From NCBI GenBank assembly GCA_900617105.1, contig UYFQ01000371.1, positions 1 through 56,915 of the forward strand: DNA of 56,915 nt, in the 5' to 3' direction. The stretch is from Hydrurus foetidus. Taxonomy: Eukaryota. How positions within the stretch are numbered: the stretch's first letter is position 1; every line of letters begins with the position of its first letter. The notes below the pieces were generated by a model. The model ran no database searches, was not told where the DNA came from, and saw only the letters and a program-made list of their open reading frames with translations. A program made the translations under genes and the position numbers. Below are positions 1 to 10,522 of the stretch, in pieces.

Positions 1-247
1 GTGGCGAGCAAGGTAGAGGTGAAATCATGTGTGGCGTTGCAAGAAAGATCATAGCAGTTATTGGCACTGAAAGGATGCTTTCGAATATGGGATGTATCGC
101 CAACGGCCATATCTGGTATGTACAGTGTACGTTCTATGGTGTACGTACGGTTACACATATATGTATACAGTACTACCTAACGTGTATCTATACTACTATA
201 TCTGCTACTATACAACAGACGTAACTACGTTGGTGGTTAGTCTGACA
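1..247 (-). repeat. Copia 3' LTR (partial, truncated by window start)
   Basis: Begins TGTCAGA on the minus strand at 247, directly after a GGGGAG PPT; matches 16447..16693. Confidence 0.93.
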
Positions 248-253
248 CTCCCC
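248..253 (-). other. Copia polypurine tract
   Basis: Minus strand GGGGAG immediately precedes the TG of the 3' LTR. Confidence 0.8.
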
Positions 254-429
254 GTTGTGAAGATGTATGTATGTATATGAGTGCATGTTTGCTAATGAGC
301 TATCAATAATATAATACAAATAACAAATTGCAAGAAATTCATAGACTACTGTGTAAGTAGAATACTAAAAGAAAAAAACAAAATGCATTGTAAAATATTA
401 AATAATACGCAAAAGTTTACAAAAGATAT

Positions 430-1813
430 TTATAAATTATTTCTGAGTGTCCTGTCAACAATCTGGGATGTTAGTTTAGTGAAGATGGGTAGTGTTACCC
501 TCCTGGTACCAATATCTGAGTTGTTGTCTTCAGAGGCTACTTTGATCACAGTGCACGTGCCGTCTTGTACCTTTTCCTTGACATACGCTTCGGCGAGTGA
601 TAGGTGACGCAGGTTTCGGGTCATGTGAGTGGTCTTTGAGTAGTACACGTAAGCCTGGTTGTCCTCTTCGATGATGGTTGGATCCTGTTTCCACCCTATC
701 ATCTCTAATATACCGCGAGTTGGGATGACTTCCGACTTGAGTGCATGGTTGACAGCCTTAATCTCTGATTCCGCTGTGGACGTGGATACTGACCCTTGAT
801 CGGTGGAACACCAGCAAATGAGGCTTGCAGCGAGGTATCCGAGGTAGCAGGTCTGGGAGTGGTGGTTATCTTGGTTACCACCTAGATCTGCATTGCACTG
901 GAACTTCAGCTGTAGTACCTTGGTCATGGTGTCTATGTCGGTTGGTCCGTCATGGGTCCGGAATATGAGACGGTCCCTCTTCGCATTCTTGACAAATCTC
1001 AACAGGTGTTTGAGGAAAAGTATGTGTCTGGGACCAGGATTGTTACCATATCTCGAAAGTATGTTGAGTGCGTACACAATACCCACCATTGTGTGCACCA
1101 TACCGTACATGAGTTGTCCGACGACACGCCTGTACGGGTACTTTTGACATGTAGCCCTATCGACGTCATTGGTGGGGCAGTCCATCTTGGACAGTGGTGG
1201 CTGCTGCGCGTCGGTGGGATATGGGAGGTGCTTATCCTTTGCACCTGTGATGTTCGCCTCCTTGATGATAAGGTCGATCATACGGTGTTGATCCATGTAG
1301 TAGTTGGAGTGTTCGTCTACTTCTATACGGATATCGACGAAATCTTTGTCAGTTGCATCAGTGACTTGATATCCATGCTTGTTGAATGCTTTGATAACTG
1401 TATACCATTCGTGGATGTGGTCGGGTGGACCAAACCATCTGAAGTCATCACTGTGTGCGATGATAATCATTGGTTTGCCCGAGTGCGTCCACTTGAAGAA
1501 CAGTTTGAGGTCCCATGTTGTGTTCTTGTACCCACACTCCCTAAGGCACTTGTCGAACTCAATGGAGAAGTTCTGTCCGGCTGGAGGGAATCCATACAGG
1601 TTTCCTACAGCTTGTATGCAGAAACCAGGTGGTACGTCGTACCCTTGAGGTGTGATGATGAACACTGGGAAGTCCTTGTTTGCTCTTTTTATGAGGTATG
1701 CACCTACAAGGTCACCGCCTCTCATTACGAGCTTATACGTTGCCGCTATGACCATGGCCAGCTTGATCGAGCAGGCTGCTACATTTCCACAATACACAGC
1801 TTCGGGGTCGAAG
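430..1813 (-). pseudogene. pol: Copia pol, 3' part: reverse transcriptase and RNase H, cut off from its 5' part by the Gypsy insertion
   Basis: Motifs DLVGAYL, LYGFPPAG, HSDD (YxDD position), YRRVVGQLMY, STSTAESE, EEDNQA, RHL, SEDNNSDIGT are typical of Copia RT/RNase H. Confidence 0.92.
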
Positions 1814-2021
1814 TGTGACCTTGGAGGGCGAAAGAGAAGGGAAGTCTAAAGGCTAAAAGAAGCTGGTTAGTTAGGGGGAAAGCAGAAGGTACGCTAGTAA
1901 CTTCTGCAAAGCAGCACAAACTAGCTAGTGACTGATAGTCGTGGCTGTGAACACGAAGGCTTCTAAGGTGGAAACAGCATCTAATCGGCTGAATGGGGTA
2001 GCAGACCCTGAGGGAGCCACA
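1814..2021 (-). repeat. Gypsy 3' LTR (208 bp)
   Basis: tgtgaccttgg...gggagccaca, identical by eye to 10315..10522. Confidence 0.95.
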
Positions 2022-2040
2022 CTACCCCTACTTATCTCTC
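2022..2040 (-). other. Gypsy polypurine tract
   Basis: Minus strand GAGAGATAAGTAGGGGTAG directly before the 3' LTR. Confidence 0.8.
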
Positions 2041-2396
2041 GTTTTCACATTTCTCTCTCCCTCTCCCTCTCTCTCTATTGGTGGGTCGCTATCTACAATG
2101 TGTAACAAAACAAATACGACTCAAGCGTGAGAAAAAAAATGCAGAAGAAAAAATGCAAAATAAAAAAATACAAATAAAAAAATACAAAAAATAAATACGT
2201 ACGGTAAATACAGATATTTGTACATGTGAGAGATGGAGAGAGTGAGAAACGAGAGTGCCTAGATGTGTTGTAACTAAGTGTTCCCCTACACATTTATGTC
2301 AGATTTTTACTGACTAAACCTCCTGAAAAGCAACGTAACGTTGTAAAAATGAGGAGGAATCTTCAAAAGATAATGTGTAGGTCGTTCCTGGGGAAC

Positions 2397-2700
2397 TTAC
2401 TTTTCTGTCGGAATTATTTTCGACATGCCGTGAAGGCGTAAATATGTGTGAAGAGCGTCTGTAAGACGAAGATTCTTCCACGACTCCCACGTATTGTGTG
2501 AGTCATCAAAGTCAGTCCATTTGACTAAAAACCGCATTTGGGTTTTGCGTCTGGAATTGCCTTGGTGTTGAAGAATGGATTCAATAAAGAATTCCATATA
2601 ATCGCGGCGTGCTACATCAGCCGGATCCGTATGTTTCGGATTGAAAACAAATTGTTTAAGATTACTAATATGAAAATGTTTATGTTTCTTCGTAGTTCAA
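2397..2700 (-). pseudogene. Gypsy pol C-terminus with chromodomain
   Basis: HFHISNLKQF...EFFIESILQH...FLVKWTDFDDSHNTWESWKNL fits the chromodomain consensus (V/IE.IL, F/YLVKW, NTWE). Confidence 0.9.
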
Positions 2701-3660
2701 CACATATGAACCTACAGGAAATACTGTTATATCCTGCGGACTCGTGGCAATATGAGCCGCGTCCATTGTGCGCAAAGCAGTTTGTGCTTGGGCGATCAGG
2801 GTGTCTTGGATGTTATACATCTCACAGATCACTTTAGAAGCGGAAGTTTTAATTTCCGGTAATTGTGGAAATGGTGAAAGTATTCCAGAATCAAGATTGA
2901 TTTGGTTACCAAACAATAAACTTGCTGGGGAGGCATTTGTACTGCTGTGAATTGAAGAATTCAAAATGCGCTGTATAAACGGTAAGCAGTTTTTATACTG
3001 GTATACGTCGTTTGTATCATACAGGAACGAACGTAAGTACCGGTTAATTTCTTTATTAACTCGTTCAACTATAGCATTCTCTTGTTTAGAGTATGCTAGT
3101 GTCAGGTTGTGGGGTGTACCCGTTGACACTAGGAATTGTTTGATCAATTCATTAGCAAAATGTGAACCCCGATCAGATCTGATCATTTGGGGTGCACCGT
3201 ATCTTCCAAAGTGTTGGAGAAGGCAATCGGTAGCCGATTTGGCCGTATTATCAGCACACCAAAATAGTTCTGTCCATCGTGAAAGCACAGATGATGACAA
3301 GAACGTGTGAGGCATCGGGGAAGGGTCCGATGAAATCGATGTTTAATACATGGAAAGGTTTGTACGCAGAAGTAACGTACTTGTGTACACGTATCGGTAC
3401 GCGTGTAGCGTTCATCTTCTGGCAGCACGCACATTGTTGTATAAACAAGTGGGTGTGCTGAACCATGTGTTCCCACTCAATGGGTAAGCCTAAAAGCTTT
3501 TCTACGGTGCGTTTAACGCCCTCGTGTCCGACAAACTTGTTGTGGCACATGTTGAGTGCGTCGCGCTGCGTATCAGTCATTTCTGGTATGACCTTGAGGG
3601 CGCCGCAAAACGGGCCCGGCAAGTTATCTGGTTCTGTGCCAGTGGTGGCTGGGTGAACCT
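2680..3660 (-). pseudogene. Gypsy integrase (frameshifted)
   Basis: HHCC (CHNKFVGH...CACCQ), NIDFIGPFP, RSDRGSHF, ENAIVERVNKEI; split over ORFs 3251..3622 and 2680..3315. Confidence 0.92.
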
Positions 3661-5520
3661 TGATGACAAGGTCGTGAGATTAGGACAGAGGCGGGACATA
3701 GCGTCCGCGACCGTGTTCTCAGACCCTCGCACGTATGCGATAGTGTAATCGAGCTCTTGTAGAGCCATGGACCATCTCCCTACCATCGAGTTCGGGGAGG
3801 ATTTCATGTACGTCAGATTTTTATGATCTGTGAATCGTAAATTTGCGATCACGTAATAGTGGATCAAGTTTTGTACAACACAAGTAGATAGCATAAGCTT
3901 CTTTCTGGATTGTTGACCAGTTCAACTGTGAGAAGGTGAGTGACTTACTCACAAATGAAATGGGTTTCATCTCATCTCCAACCTTTTGGAACAATACACC
4001 GCCTACACCATAATCAGATGCGTCGGTGTATAAATGTATTGGTGATACATTATCAATGAAGTGCATCAGGGGGCATTGAGAGATTGCCTGCCTAATGTCT
4101 TGAAACGCTTTAATGGTTTCAGCATTCCAGGTTACTCTGGAATGTTTATGAGTTGTAGACACCGTCATTTTATGTAACGGTGCCACTATGTTGGAGTGGT
4201 TTGGTACGAAACCTCTAAAATAGTTCGCCAAACCGAGAAATCCCCTAAGGGCAGTGACGGTTTTAGGGCGAGGAAAATCTAAAACAGATTTTATTTTCTC
4301 AGCCGACATAGATAACCCCTCTTTGGAGATCACACGTCCGACGTATTCGAGGCGTGTAACTCCGAACTTACATTTCTTGGCTTTCAAGAATAAATTCTTT
4401 TCTCGAAAACGGATGAAGACATCACGAAGTCTCTGCAGAAACTCGTCAGGTCCATTACCAAATACAATGCAATCATCGAGATACATCTCACATGTTACAT
4501 ATAAAAGGCCCGCAAGGACAACCGTGGCCATCATCTCCTGGAAGTATGATGGGGCACGTTTGAGGCCGAAAGGCAATCGAGTGAATTGATAAATTCCAGA
4601 GAAGCATATGAATGCAGTCAGGATTTTGGCTGATGCCGTAAGGGGTGCTTGATGGTAGCCGGACGTTAAGTCCATAACCCCAAAGATGTCAGGTTGACGA
4701 GCGCCAATGCGTTCAAACATTGCTGGAATGTTGGGGAGTGGCCAACTGGCCGACTCCGTACAGTTATTAAGTGGCCGGAAGTCAATACATACACGGTATT
4801 GTCCGGGTGACTTCTGTACTACTACAGGGTGACTGTAGTATACCGCATTAGACTTCTCAACCACCCCGATCCGTATCAGATCCTGAAGGTTATTGTGAAT
4901 CGCCTCCTCCTTCTGTGAGGATTGGGGGCGGAGCGGGGTCCTGTTACCAGGTACTTCCCATTGTGCCGCCTTATGATCAATACGGGCCGGTTCACGGGCC
5001 ACCTCATCTTGAAAGATGTCAATAAATTCGGTACATAATGCTCTGCATGCTGTTTGCAGAGCTTCCGACCCACCAAAGGTGATTGTCGAGATGACATCGT
5101 TCGCCCTACCTGTTGGGGTAGGGTCTTTCATCAATGCAGAAAGAAACGGACCGAACGCATCCGTTTTGTCATCATCAATCTCATCTCCATTGAGATTGAT
5201 TCCGCACGGCAACACGCTCGCGGCGTTAAGTGTTACTGTGTTCACTCTCGTCCCGGTCTCAGAAGGGGGGCGGTTAAGACCACTGCCCGTCCATAGCGCA
5301 GATGGACCCCACTCTTCTCCCACTGTTGGAATACGGTGGGTGCTCGAGTGACCTTCGTCTCCATTGTCAGCAGTGTCGGTAATTAGGCGACACTGTGTAC
5401 AAGGACTACGCGATCCGACAGCGTCACTATGATGACAACAGACGTCGGTATGTGGATCTGTACCGATGTCGGACTCTGCCCTTAAGGGAAGTAGACCGAT
5501 GTCATCTAGGCTATGGGGTC
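3660..5520 (-). pseudogene. Gypsy reverse transcriptase and RNase H (frameshifted near 3830)
   Basis: CIDFRPLN, MDLTSGYHQ, RLPFGLKRAP, YLDD, GFLGLANYFR, YTDASDYGVGGVL, KEAYAI; TDHKNL and NTVADAMSR lie in the next frame. Confidence 0.95.
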
Positions 5521-7494
5521 AAAGCCCATACGTGTCGGTGTCAGCACAAACAAGTTGTGTTGATTCAGGGACTTGCGTCCGATGATCAGATCCAGTTGTG
5601 AAAAAGGATTAACACTAAAAGTGATATAGATAGTGTGCTTAATATTACTATCATCGAGAAAAGTAAGGCCTAAATCGACTAAGGTATTACACCTATAACA
5701 AGTGCCATCGAGACCGCTACAAACGTTAAGTGCGGTTGAAGACACATAACAATGAGCAAGTGCATCAAGTGAGACAAGCAGTGATTTGGAAACAAAATCG
5801 CCGGCCATGCTACCCGTGTCTAGGAGCGCGTTCGCTGTAAGACTAAGTCCTGTGGACTGGGGTGCTGACGCGACTGTGGTGGGGGCGTGTCCCTGCAAGG
5901 TTCTTCGTTCATCCTTGAACACCAATAATGAGAGAAGTTCATTAGGATTTGTTGAATGTACCGCTGCTACAATCGAGTCAGGCGGTAACGTACCTATGAG
6001 CGGTATTTCCGACATGTCGGTCTGGTTATGGCATGCCGCCAGCACCTCCGAGATTAGCGGCAGGGAGGTATGGGGTGGCTGTAACACGTGAAGACATGTG
6101 GGGGAAACATCGTTAATGTTATCTGAGATAGCATTGGAGGGGGTTGAGACCTCTAATGCATCAGTTATGAGTATATCAGAGTTGAGTATACATAAAGATG
6201 GTGGTGTATCGGTAGGGCTACATGTGTTAGCCGCATGTATCGCCACTACCAATGCATCCACCACCGTGGTATGAGTTAACGTACCATCGTACGGGGCTGG
6301 GAGTGGTAGGCCACTGTTGGCTCCGTTGATGGAGGTGTTGTTGGCCAACGTGGTGTTGTGCCCACCCGAACCGTATCGCGGTTTGTTGGTGGGACCTCGA
6401 TTATAGTTCCCCCCATGATTGGGGTTCCCTTGGTATTTTTTCTTATGACCACCTCCTGGGGGGTGGGCTTTATTCAGTACCTCGTCAGTGAAGTTTGTTT
6501 CACGACGGGGTATCTGGATTTTGAAGCGACCCAGACCAGGGATGCGATCATTGATAGGATAGGTCGCATGACCGTATTGTGCCCACGTGCGACCCATGTT
6601 GGAGTGGACCCACGGGACATTGTGGTTGGTGTTCGAGTCCACCATCCACATGTGTGAGCAACTCTTAAGCAGATGGTCCATGTGTCCACACGAGTTACAC
6701 TGCGGGAATGGTGTTGTTGGCAGTGCCAGCGGTGGTAATGCTGGGAGTGCCGCACCAACCAACAGTGTTTTGGGGTTAGTCGTGAGAGATAACCCGTACG
6801 GATTTTGTCTCGCGGGGTGACAGTAAATGTCGTTGGGGTCCCCGAAAGCCGCTACGTGTAATTGCAGCTGTCGAACCGCATTGACTTGGGAGAAAAAGCG
6901 ACGCATCGCGAATTCCCAATCGTCCACGTCATGCGGGTTGACGCGCTTATGCTCTTTGTATTTGGCGGTGATGGCACCGTTCAGAGGCATCTTTTTCTCT
7001 AAAATAAGAGTGAGTGCGGCATGGTCGGAGGTGCTGAGTGTGCCATGTACTTGTACATGATTCTCAACCACCTCACGAAACTGCGTCATGCAGCGCATCT
7101 CAATCTCCCTTTTGTTGTAACAGAAGGCGAGATGTACTTCTGAGAAATGCTCCGCCAGTGACTGCCCGAGTTGCGTGTCCGCGCGAAAGTATCGCAGGAC
7201 TAAGTGTGCTACTTGAGGGACCGTCAAAGTTTGGAGCCACACTTTACGTGTCTCCTCGGAGTATGGATAATCTTGATCCGTATGGATCTGATCATCAATG
7301 CATCTGACTGCTTTAGTCGAGATGACTTGACCAACATCATAGTTGTTGGTCCAGCGCTGGGAGTGCTCATAAAACTCCCGCGCTGCATCCTGTCCAATAA
7401 TGCCAGACGCATTCACGTTGAGAACGTAAAGTACCGTTTGCAGTGCAATAGCGGATATAGGTCGGGAACCATCATCCACAGCACGTCCACCCAC
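5506..7494 (-). CDS. Gypsy Gag core with CCHC zinc knuckle, plus aspartic protease
   Basis: CNSCGHMDHLLKSC = CX2CX4HX4C; protease motifs ALLDTGS and LDLIIGR. Confidence 0.88.
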   Translation of the reverse strand: MGGRAVDDGSRPISAIALQTVLYVLNVNASGIIGQDAAREFYEHSQRWTNNYDVGQVISTKAVRCIDDQIHTDQDYPYSEETRKVWLQTLTVPQVAHLVLRYFRADTQLGQSLAEHFSEVHLAFCYNKREIEMRCMTQFREVVENHVQVHGTLSTSDHAALTLILEKKMPLNGAITAKYKEHKRVNPHDVDDWEFAMRRFFSQVNAVRQLQLHVAAFGDPNDIYCHPARQNPYGLSLTTNPKTLLVGAALPALPPLALPTTPFPQCNSCGHMDHLLKSCSHMWMVDSNTNHNVPWVHSNMGRTWAQYGHATYPINDRIPGLGRFKIQIPRRETNFTDEVLNKAHPPGGGHKKKYQGNPNHGGNYNRGPTNKPRYGSGGHNTTLANNTSINGANSGLPLPAPYDGTLTHTTVVDALVVAIHAANTCSPTDTPPSLCILNSDILITDALEVSTPSNAISDNINDVSPTCLHVLQPPHTSLPLISEVLAACHNQTDMSEIPLIGTLPPDSIVAAVHSTNPNELLSLLVFKDERRTLQGHAPTTVASAPQSTGLSLTANALLDTGSMAGDFVSKSLLVSLDALAHCYVSSTALNVCSGLDGTCYRCNTLVDLGLTFLDDSNIKHTIYITFSVNPFSQLDLIIGRKSLNQHNLFVLTPTRMGFDPIA

Positions 7495-7792
7495 TACAAG
7501 CGCTGTAGGGGTCGCACTGGGTGTGGCAACTTGTACCGCGGATACGTTGATCGGTGACGCACGATCATGTATATACCGTGGTATCGGCGGTCGTACTGGG
7601 TGCGCTGTATTGGGGTCGAGACCGCAGCTCGGCTGCGCTGTCGATCGATCTGCAGCTGATGCATGCTTGCATCATGGTGATGCTGCATCCTGTATGCGGT
7701 TCGTTGACGTAGCACCTGCTGCAATAGCGGTAGTCATCCACAGGACTGCTGAGGGTCGCAGTGCACTCGGTACGTTGATCGGTGACGCACGA

Positions 7793-9550
7793 TCATGTAT
7801 ACCGTGGTATCGGCGGTCGTACTGGAGCTGATTGTCGAGACCGTGCAGCTCGGAACGCTGCTGTTTGCAGCTCGTAATCGATGATGCGATCCGTTGCGGG
7901 TAGCACCACGATGTCTGGAGGATCCAGGGGAAGTGGGGTAGGAACCCGAATTTCCCGTGGGATTTCCTGGATGACTCGTTGGGGTTGGGGGTTATAATCG
8001 GTGTCACCAGTAAACGTACGTACGTACGTAGGACGTTCCGGTGACCCTGGTGGGGAGGCTTGTCGCTTGCGTGACGTTGGACCCTCTTGAGGGGGTAACG
8101 CGCGTTTGCGAGGAGCGTCCGCTGTGCGGGTTACTGTCCCCACATCTTCGGGGATGCGCGTATCGCGACTCTCGAGCAATCTAGAGTTGTCGGTCACGCG
8201 TATGGACGCACGTGGAGTCGTACGACTCTCAGTCGCACGTTCGTCCTCATATTGGTTTTCGTTGTACTGACGACTGTCAGTATTACGATTGCCCCTGTTC
8301 GAGGTATCATGTTGGCGACGATCGTCCCCTTGATGATTTTCCCTGGGGGGACTGTCGTCGTAACCCTGTGAGGGTTCTCGACGACTTCTCCTGTTGGGGT
8401 TGTTATCTCCCTGACGGAGGCTGTCGTTGTTGTCGTCGCGAAAACTATCGAAACCGCGAGTATTCGTAGAATAATTCCCCCTGTTGGGGTTGTCATTACG
8501 ACGAGAATCCTCGTAATTACGGTTATCCCTTTGGGGGTTATCGTTGGGACGTTGGAAGGTGTCTCTACGATTATCCCTGTTAGGGTTGTCGTCTTGTTGA
8601 CGATTATCGTTATCGCGACGCCCGTCATTCTGACGTGAGTTGTCGTCGTTGCGACGATTGTCGATGTTGCGTCGATCGTCATATTGACGTCTGTTATCGT
8701 CATTGAATTGGGTGTTGTACCCGCGACGTCCCTCGTTGTCGTAATCATGACTTTCGTCATTCTGACGGTAATTGTCGTTATAACGACGATTATCGCTCTG
8801 ATGTTGATTATCGTTGCGGCGATCATCGTTATATTGACGTCCATCGTTATCGTGACGATTGTCGTTACGGTGCTCCGTACCGTATGGAGGGCCCGTATTA
8901 CGGTTGTTCCTGGGAGGGTTGGAGTCATCGTAGATACGACGATTGTCGTTGTGACTTTGATTGTCATCATTAAAACGTCGATAATCGTTGTTGTTTCGAT
9001 TATCGTCATTGTATTGACGCTGGTTAAAATCATTGCGTTGACGGTTATCGTAACGATTACCGTCACCACCGTCTTCGCTACCACTCTGTTGATTCGGAGT
9101 AGGCGGATAGTCGCCCGTTGCATCTCCGTCGAAGGGATTATTCCGACGAGTTGAGTTGTCGTAACTGTCGAGGCCCTGACGACGGAGATATCGTTGCGGG
9201 GGTGAATCTATACGGCGGCGAGGGTTTGTATCGCCGTCGTCATCATCCCGGTCAGGGTCGCTGTTATGGCGTGTCTGTTGACGGTTTGCGTCTGACGAAC
9301 GCAACGTGACATTGTCTTGTTGTCGCGTTGTGTGAACGTCGTCGTCGTCGTCGTTATGACGATTAGGCGGCGCCTGATTGGAACTGTTGGTAGGTCCCAG
9401 TATTGTTACTGGGAATACCGGTCGATCAGTTCCATCAGACGCAGCTACTGCTGTCGGCGCTGTTGTTGTCGACTGAGTTTTTGAAACTGTCGTCGCTGCC
9501 GGAACTACTTGAGTATTAATTCGGCGAGCGACGGCGAGATCTCCGAAGAG
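7793..9550 (-). CDS. Asn/Asp/Arg/Gln-rich low-complexity ORF of the Gypsy, probably the Gag N-terminal extension
   Basis: 503-aa ORF of the track; frame stays open upstream to a TGA at 9551-9553; recurrent YNDDxR and NDNxR motifs; lies between the 5' UTR and the Gag core. Confidence 0.65.
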   Translation of the reverse strand, partial: LFGDLAVARRINTQVVPAATTVSKTQSTTTAPTAVAASDGTDRPVFPVTILGPTNSSNQAPPNRHNDDDDDVHTTRQQDNVTLRSSDANRQQTRHNSDPDRDDDDGDTNPRRRIDSPPQRYLRRQGLDSYDNSTRRNNPFDGDATGDYPPTPNQQSGSEDGGDGNRYDNRQRNDFNQRQYNDDNRNNNDYRRFNDDNQSHNDNRRIYDDSNPPRNNRNTGPPYGTEHRNDNRHDNDGRQYNDDRRNDNQHQSDNRRYNDNYRQNDESHDYDNEGRRGYNTQFNDDNRRQYDDRRNIDNRRNDDNSRQNDGRRDNDNRQQDDNPNRDNRRDTFQRPNDNPQRDNRNYEDSRRNDNPNRGNYSTNTRGFDSFRDDNNDSLRQGDNNPNRRSRREPSQGYDDSPPRENHQGDDRRQHDTSNRGNRNTDSRQYNENQYEDERATESRTTPRASIRVTDNSRLLESRDTRIPEDVGTVTRTADAPRKRALPPQEGPTSRKRQASPPGSPERPTYVRTFTGDTDYNPQPQRVIQEIPREIRVPTPLPLDPPDIVVLPATDRIIDYELQTAAFRAARSRQSAPVRPPIPRYT

Positions 9551-9770
9551 TCATCGGATAACGGCATCGTTAGATGACTTATGTCTTGACAATTTTAAGT
9601 AGCGGAAGTCGCCAAAAAAATTTGCAAGGGCTTCGCCTCGTGCCGTTTGGATGAAAATCAAACAGACGATTAGGCGAAGCACAATAAGTCAAGTAAGTTC
9701 TGGACGGATGAATGAATCAATCCGTACAAAATGAGCCGGGATTGGGAGACTTGCTCGACCAACCACGAGA

Positions 9771-10130
9771 ACGGCGTGGAAGACGAAGCTATCCACGGAC
9801 GTCTATCAAGCCAAGCTTGAAGCGAGAGTTGGGCAGAAGTTAACGGAGTTAACTCTGCACAATGATATGGGATTGCTGAGATGAAACTCAAGCAACCACA
9901 AGACAGTCAAGTATCGGGAGATAAATCTCAATCCGAGTGACTAAGTTTACGGCGTGGAAGCCAAAGCTATCCACGGACGTCAATCAAGCAAGCTTGAAGC
10001 GAGAGTTGGGCAGAAGTTAACGGAGTTAACTCTGCACAATGGTATGGGATTGCTGAGATGAAACTCAAGCAACCACAAGATAGTCAAGTATCGGGAGATA
10101 AATCTCAATCCGAGTGACGAAGTTTACGGC
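9771..10130. repeat. Two tandem ~178-bp copies in the Gypsy 5' UTR
   Basis: acggcgtggaag...aagtttacggc repeated from 9771 and 9949 with a few substitutions and indels. Confidence 0.9.
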
Positions 10131-10314
10131 AACCAGACTTCGGAGACTTGCTCGCGACAGTAAGAATTGCCCGTAAACGAGAATTTCGAATAAAATTCGA
10201 GATTCTCCACGCAGGGTAATCGGGAGAGTTAGGGCAGCAGGGTAGCGTAGAAGAAGGTAGCTTAGAGTAGGAGGATAAGGTCTAAAGAAGAGAAACTAAA
10301 GGAAGTAGATCTAC

Positions 10315-10522
10315 TGTGACCTTGGAGGGCGAAAGAGAAGGGAAGTCTAAAGGCTAAAAGAAGCTGGTTAGTTAGGGGGAAAGCAGAAGGTACGCTAGTA
10401 ACTTCTGCAAAGCAGCACAAACTAGCTAGTGACTGATAGTCGTGGCTGTGAACACGAAGGCTTCTAAGGTGGAAACAGCATCTAATCGGCTGAATGGGGT
10501 AGCAGACCCTGAGGGAGCCACA
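10315..10522 (-). repeat. Gypsy 5' LTR (208 bp)
   Basis: Identical to 1814..2021; followed on the plus strand by the GAAG TSD. Confidence 0.95.

Larger units (their letters stand above)
1814..10522 (-). mobile_element. Ty3/Gypsy chromovirus-type LTR retrotransposon, full length, with disrupted pol
   Basis: Identical 208-bp LTRs with TG...CA ends; GAAG TSD at 1810-1813 and 10523-10526; order Gag(CCHC)-PR-RT-RH-IN-chromodomain. Confidence 0.96.

Noticed and set aside
27..280. Short ORFs in the LTR, repeated at 16410-16720
   Set aside because: Products of LTR duplication with no coding signature.
952..1818. 288-aa plus-strand ORF
   Set aside because: Antisense shadow of Copia RT with no motif, ending at the Gypsy junction.
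5500..5525. Programmed frameshift between Gypsy PR and RT
   Set aside because: No canonical slippery heptamer, and several similar indels elsewhere in pol suggest decay or error.
8194..9154. 309-aa minus and 156-aa plus T/I/V-rich ORFs
   Set aside because: Alternative frames of the low-complexity N/D/R ORF.
10262..10522. C-terminal tail of the 636-aa ORF
   Set aside because: Chance read-through into the inserted Gypsy LTR; the true continuation is at 1809 and below.
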